Of a DNA stretch of 64,000 nucleotides, positions 61,853-64,000 are shown one piece after another. This stretch comes from Microbacteriaceae bacterium (GTDB lineage Bacteria; Actinomycetota; Actinomycetes; Actinomycetales; Microbacteriaceae). Each line of letters starts with the position of its first letter. Position 1 is the stretch's first letter. The position numbers and the translations under genes are program-made. The notes beneath the pieces were generated by a model. It saw nothing but the letters and a program-made list of their open reading frames with translations. It made no database searches and had not been told where the DNA came from. Location: contig CANGGK010000001.1 of assembly GCA_947453475.1 (NCBI GenBank), positions 17,499 through 81,498 of the forward strand, in the 5' to 3' direction.

Positions 61853-62299
61853 ATGCAGGAGCAGCACTTGACTAAGCCATCGCCAAAACTAAGCCCAGAG
61901 GCCGCAGCACTTCTAGAGTTGCGCGGAATGGGTGCACTTGCCGACAAGATGGGCTTCGAACTGCTTGAACTAAGCGCCGAACGCTCGGTGGCTACTATGC
62001 CGGTGCTAGGCAACACCCAACCGCTCGGATACGTTCACGGCGGCGCTTATGTGGTTCTAGCCGAAAGTCTAGGAAGCTTCTCGGCAAACGTCTGGGCGAG
62101 CACCATGGGCAAGGTAGCGGTTGGAATTGAAGTGAATGCTTCGCACTCACGCTCGGCCACCGAGGGAACCGTGACAGCAACCTGCAAGGCGCTTCAGCTA
62201 GGTCGCTCTCTAACTATTCACGAGATTGTGTGCGTTGACGATCAAGAGCGACGTCTATCAACGATTCGCATCACGAACTTCATCAAAGACGCAAAGTAG
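61853..62299 (+). CDS. PaaI/hotdog-fold thioesterase
   Basis: NTQPLGYVHGGA..VLAE, VGIEVNASH; start at ATG 61853 or TTG 61868. Confidence 0.9.
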   Translation: MQEQHLTKPSPKLSPEAAALLELRGMGALADKMGFELLELSAERSVATMPVLGNTQPLGYVHGGAYVVLAESLGSFSANVWASTMGKVAVGIEVNASHSRSATEGTVTATCKALQLGRSLTIHEIVCVDDQERRLSTIRITNFIKDAK

Positions 62300-62308
62300 T
62301 TATTGCCC

Positions 62309-62902
62309 TTAGGCCTTGGTTGCGCCCAGCTGCTCGATAACGGTCTGTGCAACCTCTTGCATGGTCAAACGGCGGTCCATAGACGCCTTCTGAATCCAAC
62401 GGAAAGCTTCTGGTTCGCTTAGGTTCATCTTTTCGTTCAGCAGACCCTTAGCGCGGTCTACCAGCTTGCGAGTTTCGAAACGTTCATTCAAATCTGAAAT
62501 TTCGTGCTCGAGCGCGATTAGCTGCGAGTGGCGGCTTAGTGCAATCTCGACTGCAGGCATCAGGTCGTTCGGGGTGAATGGCTTCACCACGTATGCCATT
62601 GCGCCGGCCTGGTTCGCGCGGTCAACAAGCTCTTTCTGGCTGAATGCAGTCAACAGCACTACTGCCACCTTGTGCTCTGCCATTTGCTCTGCGGCGGTAA
62701 GCCCATCCATGTTCGGCATCTTGATGTCCATGACCACTAGGTCAGGCTTGTGCTCGATAACCGCGGCTACTGCAAGGGCACCGTCGCCGACTTCTGCCAC
62801 CACGTCAAAACCATGCTCGCGCAACGTCTCAACCACGTCCATGCGGATCAGTGACTCGTCTTCAGCAACGACCACTCTGCGCTTCGTAACAACTTCTGCC
62901 AT
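62309..62902 (-). CDS. pdtaR: ANTAR-domain response regulator (PdtaR-like)
   Basis: REC domain (AEDE, MDIKMP, KP) plus RKLVDRAKGLL...EAFRWIQKASMDRR ANTAR. Confidence 0.9.
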   Translation of the reverse strand: MAEVVTKRRVVVAEDESLIRMDVVETLREHGFDVVAEVGDGALAVAAVIEHKPDLVVMDIKMPNMDGLTAAEQMAEHKVAVVLLTAFSQKELVDRANQAGAMAYVVKPFTPNDLMPAVEIALSRHSQLIALEHEISDLNERFETRKLVDRAKGLLNEKMNLSEPEAFRWIQKASMDRRLTMQEVAQTVIEQLGATKA

Positions 62903-62977
62903 GGCGACAACCTTATTCGATATGTCTTCGATTTATCTAACACGCGCTTATGAACTAGAATCTTCTAGTTACAACAA

Positions 62978-63058
62978 GCCGAAGTGGCGAAATGGCAGAC
63001 GCGGAGCACTCAAAATGCTTTTCCGAAAGGAGTGCGGGTTCAAGTCCCGCCTTCGGCA
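62978..63058 (+). tRNA. tRNA-Leu(CAA)
   Basis: GCCGAAG/CTTCGGC-A acceptor, GAGCA-CTCAAAA-TGCTT anticodon arm, variable arm TCC-GAAA-GGA, GGTTCAAGTCC. Confidence 0.97.
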
Positions 63059-63069
63059 CGCAAACAAGT

Positions 63070-63102
63070 AAAAGACCCCAGGATCTCTCCCGGGGTCTTT
63101 TT
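63070..63102. terminator. Bidirectional intrinsic terminator (tRNA-Leu / pyk)
   Basis: AAAAGACCCC...GGGGTCTTTTT. Confidence 0.82.
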
Positions 63103-63112
63103 CCTTTTTAAG

Positions 63113-64000
63113 TTAGTTCTGGTAACCAGGTGCTGCGCCGTTTACGGCGTCACCTACGCGGTGAACGCGAAGGCTGTTTGTTGAACCTGGGATGCCCGGA
63201 GGTGTTCCGGCAACCACGACAACTTCTTCGCCCTGCTTGGCTAGGCCCTGAGCTAGAACAATTTCGTCAACCTGGTGCATCATTTCGTCGGTGTGCTTGA
63301 CCGGTGCCACTAGGAAGGTGTGTGCACCCCAAACTAGCGATAGACGGTTGCGCACGGTCTCGCTTGGAGTGAAGGCAAGGGTTGGCACCGATGAACGTAG
63401 GCGCGAAACGCGGCGTAGTGAGTCACCAGATTCGGTGAACACTGCAACGTAACGAGAACCTAGAAGTTCGGCGATTTCAACGGCTGCCAGTGAAACTGCG
63501 CCTGAGTGGGTGTGAGGGCGGGTACCTAGAGCCGGAATGCGGTCAAGGCCGTTCTCCTCGGTTGATTCGATGATGCGAGCCATCGCTTCAACGGTCTCAA
63601 CTGGCCACTTACCAACTGAAGTCTCACCTGAAAGCATTACCGCGTCAGCACCATCAAGGATGGCGTTTGCAACGTCAGAAGCCTCTGCGCGGGTTGGGCG
63701 AGAGTTCTCAATCATGGTCTCAAGCATCTGAGTGGCCACGATTACTGGCTTAGCCCAACGGCGAGCGAGCTCGACTGCACGCTTCTGAACCAGTGGAACC
63801 TCTTCGAATGGAAGCTCAACACCGAGGTCGCCACGGGCAACCATGATGCCGTCAAAGGCGTCGATGATTTCTTCAAGTGCTTCAACAGCCTGTGGCTTTT
63901 CGATCTTTGCGATAACCGGAAGGAACTTGCCCTCTTCGGTCATGATCTCGTGAACGCGAACGATGTCGCTTGCGTTGCGAACGAATGAAAGCGCGATCAT
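63113..64000 (-). CDS. pyk: Pyruvate kinase (3' part; begins beyond window)
   Basis: IAKIEK, MVARGDLGVE, ATQML, PTRAE.SDVANA, MLSGET. Confidence 0.97.
   Translation of the reverse strand: MIALSFVRNASDIVRVHEIMTEEGKFLPVIAKIEKPQAVEALEEIIDAFDGIMVARGDLGVELPFEEVPLVQKRAVELARRWAKPVIVATQMLETMIENSRPTRAEASDVANAILDGADAVMLSGETSVGKWPVETVEAMARIIESTEENGLDRIPALGTRPHTHSGAVSLAAVEIAELLGSRYVAVFTESGDSLRRVSRLRSSVPTLAFTPSETVRNRLSLVWGAHTFLVAPVKHTDEMMHQVDEIVLAQGLAKQGEEVVVVAGTPPGIPGSTNSLRVHRVGDAVNGAAPGYQN

Noticed and set aside
62953-62970. Palindrome AACTAGA-atct-TCTAGTT over the tRNA-Leu(CAA) -10
   Set aside because: Single short instance in a CTAG-rich genome; no regulator can be assigned

Overview
This is core chromosome of a streamlined, roughly 50-55% GC actinobacterium. 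Gene order and content point to Microbacteriaceae, probably the freshwater Rhodoluna/Aquiluna (Luna-1) type; that assignment is an inference. In order, the window holds: helY-tatC-tatA-pafC-pafB-FKBP-trmI (the usual pupylation/proteasome locus, but without arc/dop/pup/prc/pafA), PAC2, uppP, tRNA-Leu(GAG), an orphan m6A DNA methyltransferase, a SIRT4-like sirtuin, a GT4/hydrolase pair, divergent metH/metF, a DnaQ-like exonuclease, L31 type B, glgA/glgC-serB, fabG, an ABC-F, a sufR-less suf operon, ctaA-photolyase, ctaB, the pentose-phosphate operon, rbpA-secG-tpiA-pgk-gap, sodA, whiA-rapZ, uvrCAB, coaE, rpsA, HPr-polA, an ANTAR regulator, tRNA-Leu(CAA) and pyk. I see no mobile element, prophage or CRISPR array. 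The most interesting signals are in intergenic DNA: (1) an unannotated 15-aa ORF (MALARKQLTKTSFGI) with a structured 3' RNA behind L31; (2) a ~175-nt structured leader on the suf operon where SufR would normally be; (3) an exact PafBC DNA-damage promoter before the exonuclease and a near-match before polA; (4) inverted GACAC (WhiA-type) boxes at the rapZ-whiA promoter; (5) pervasive leaderless gene architecture.
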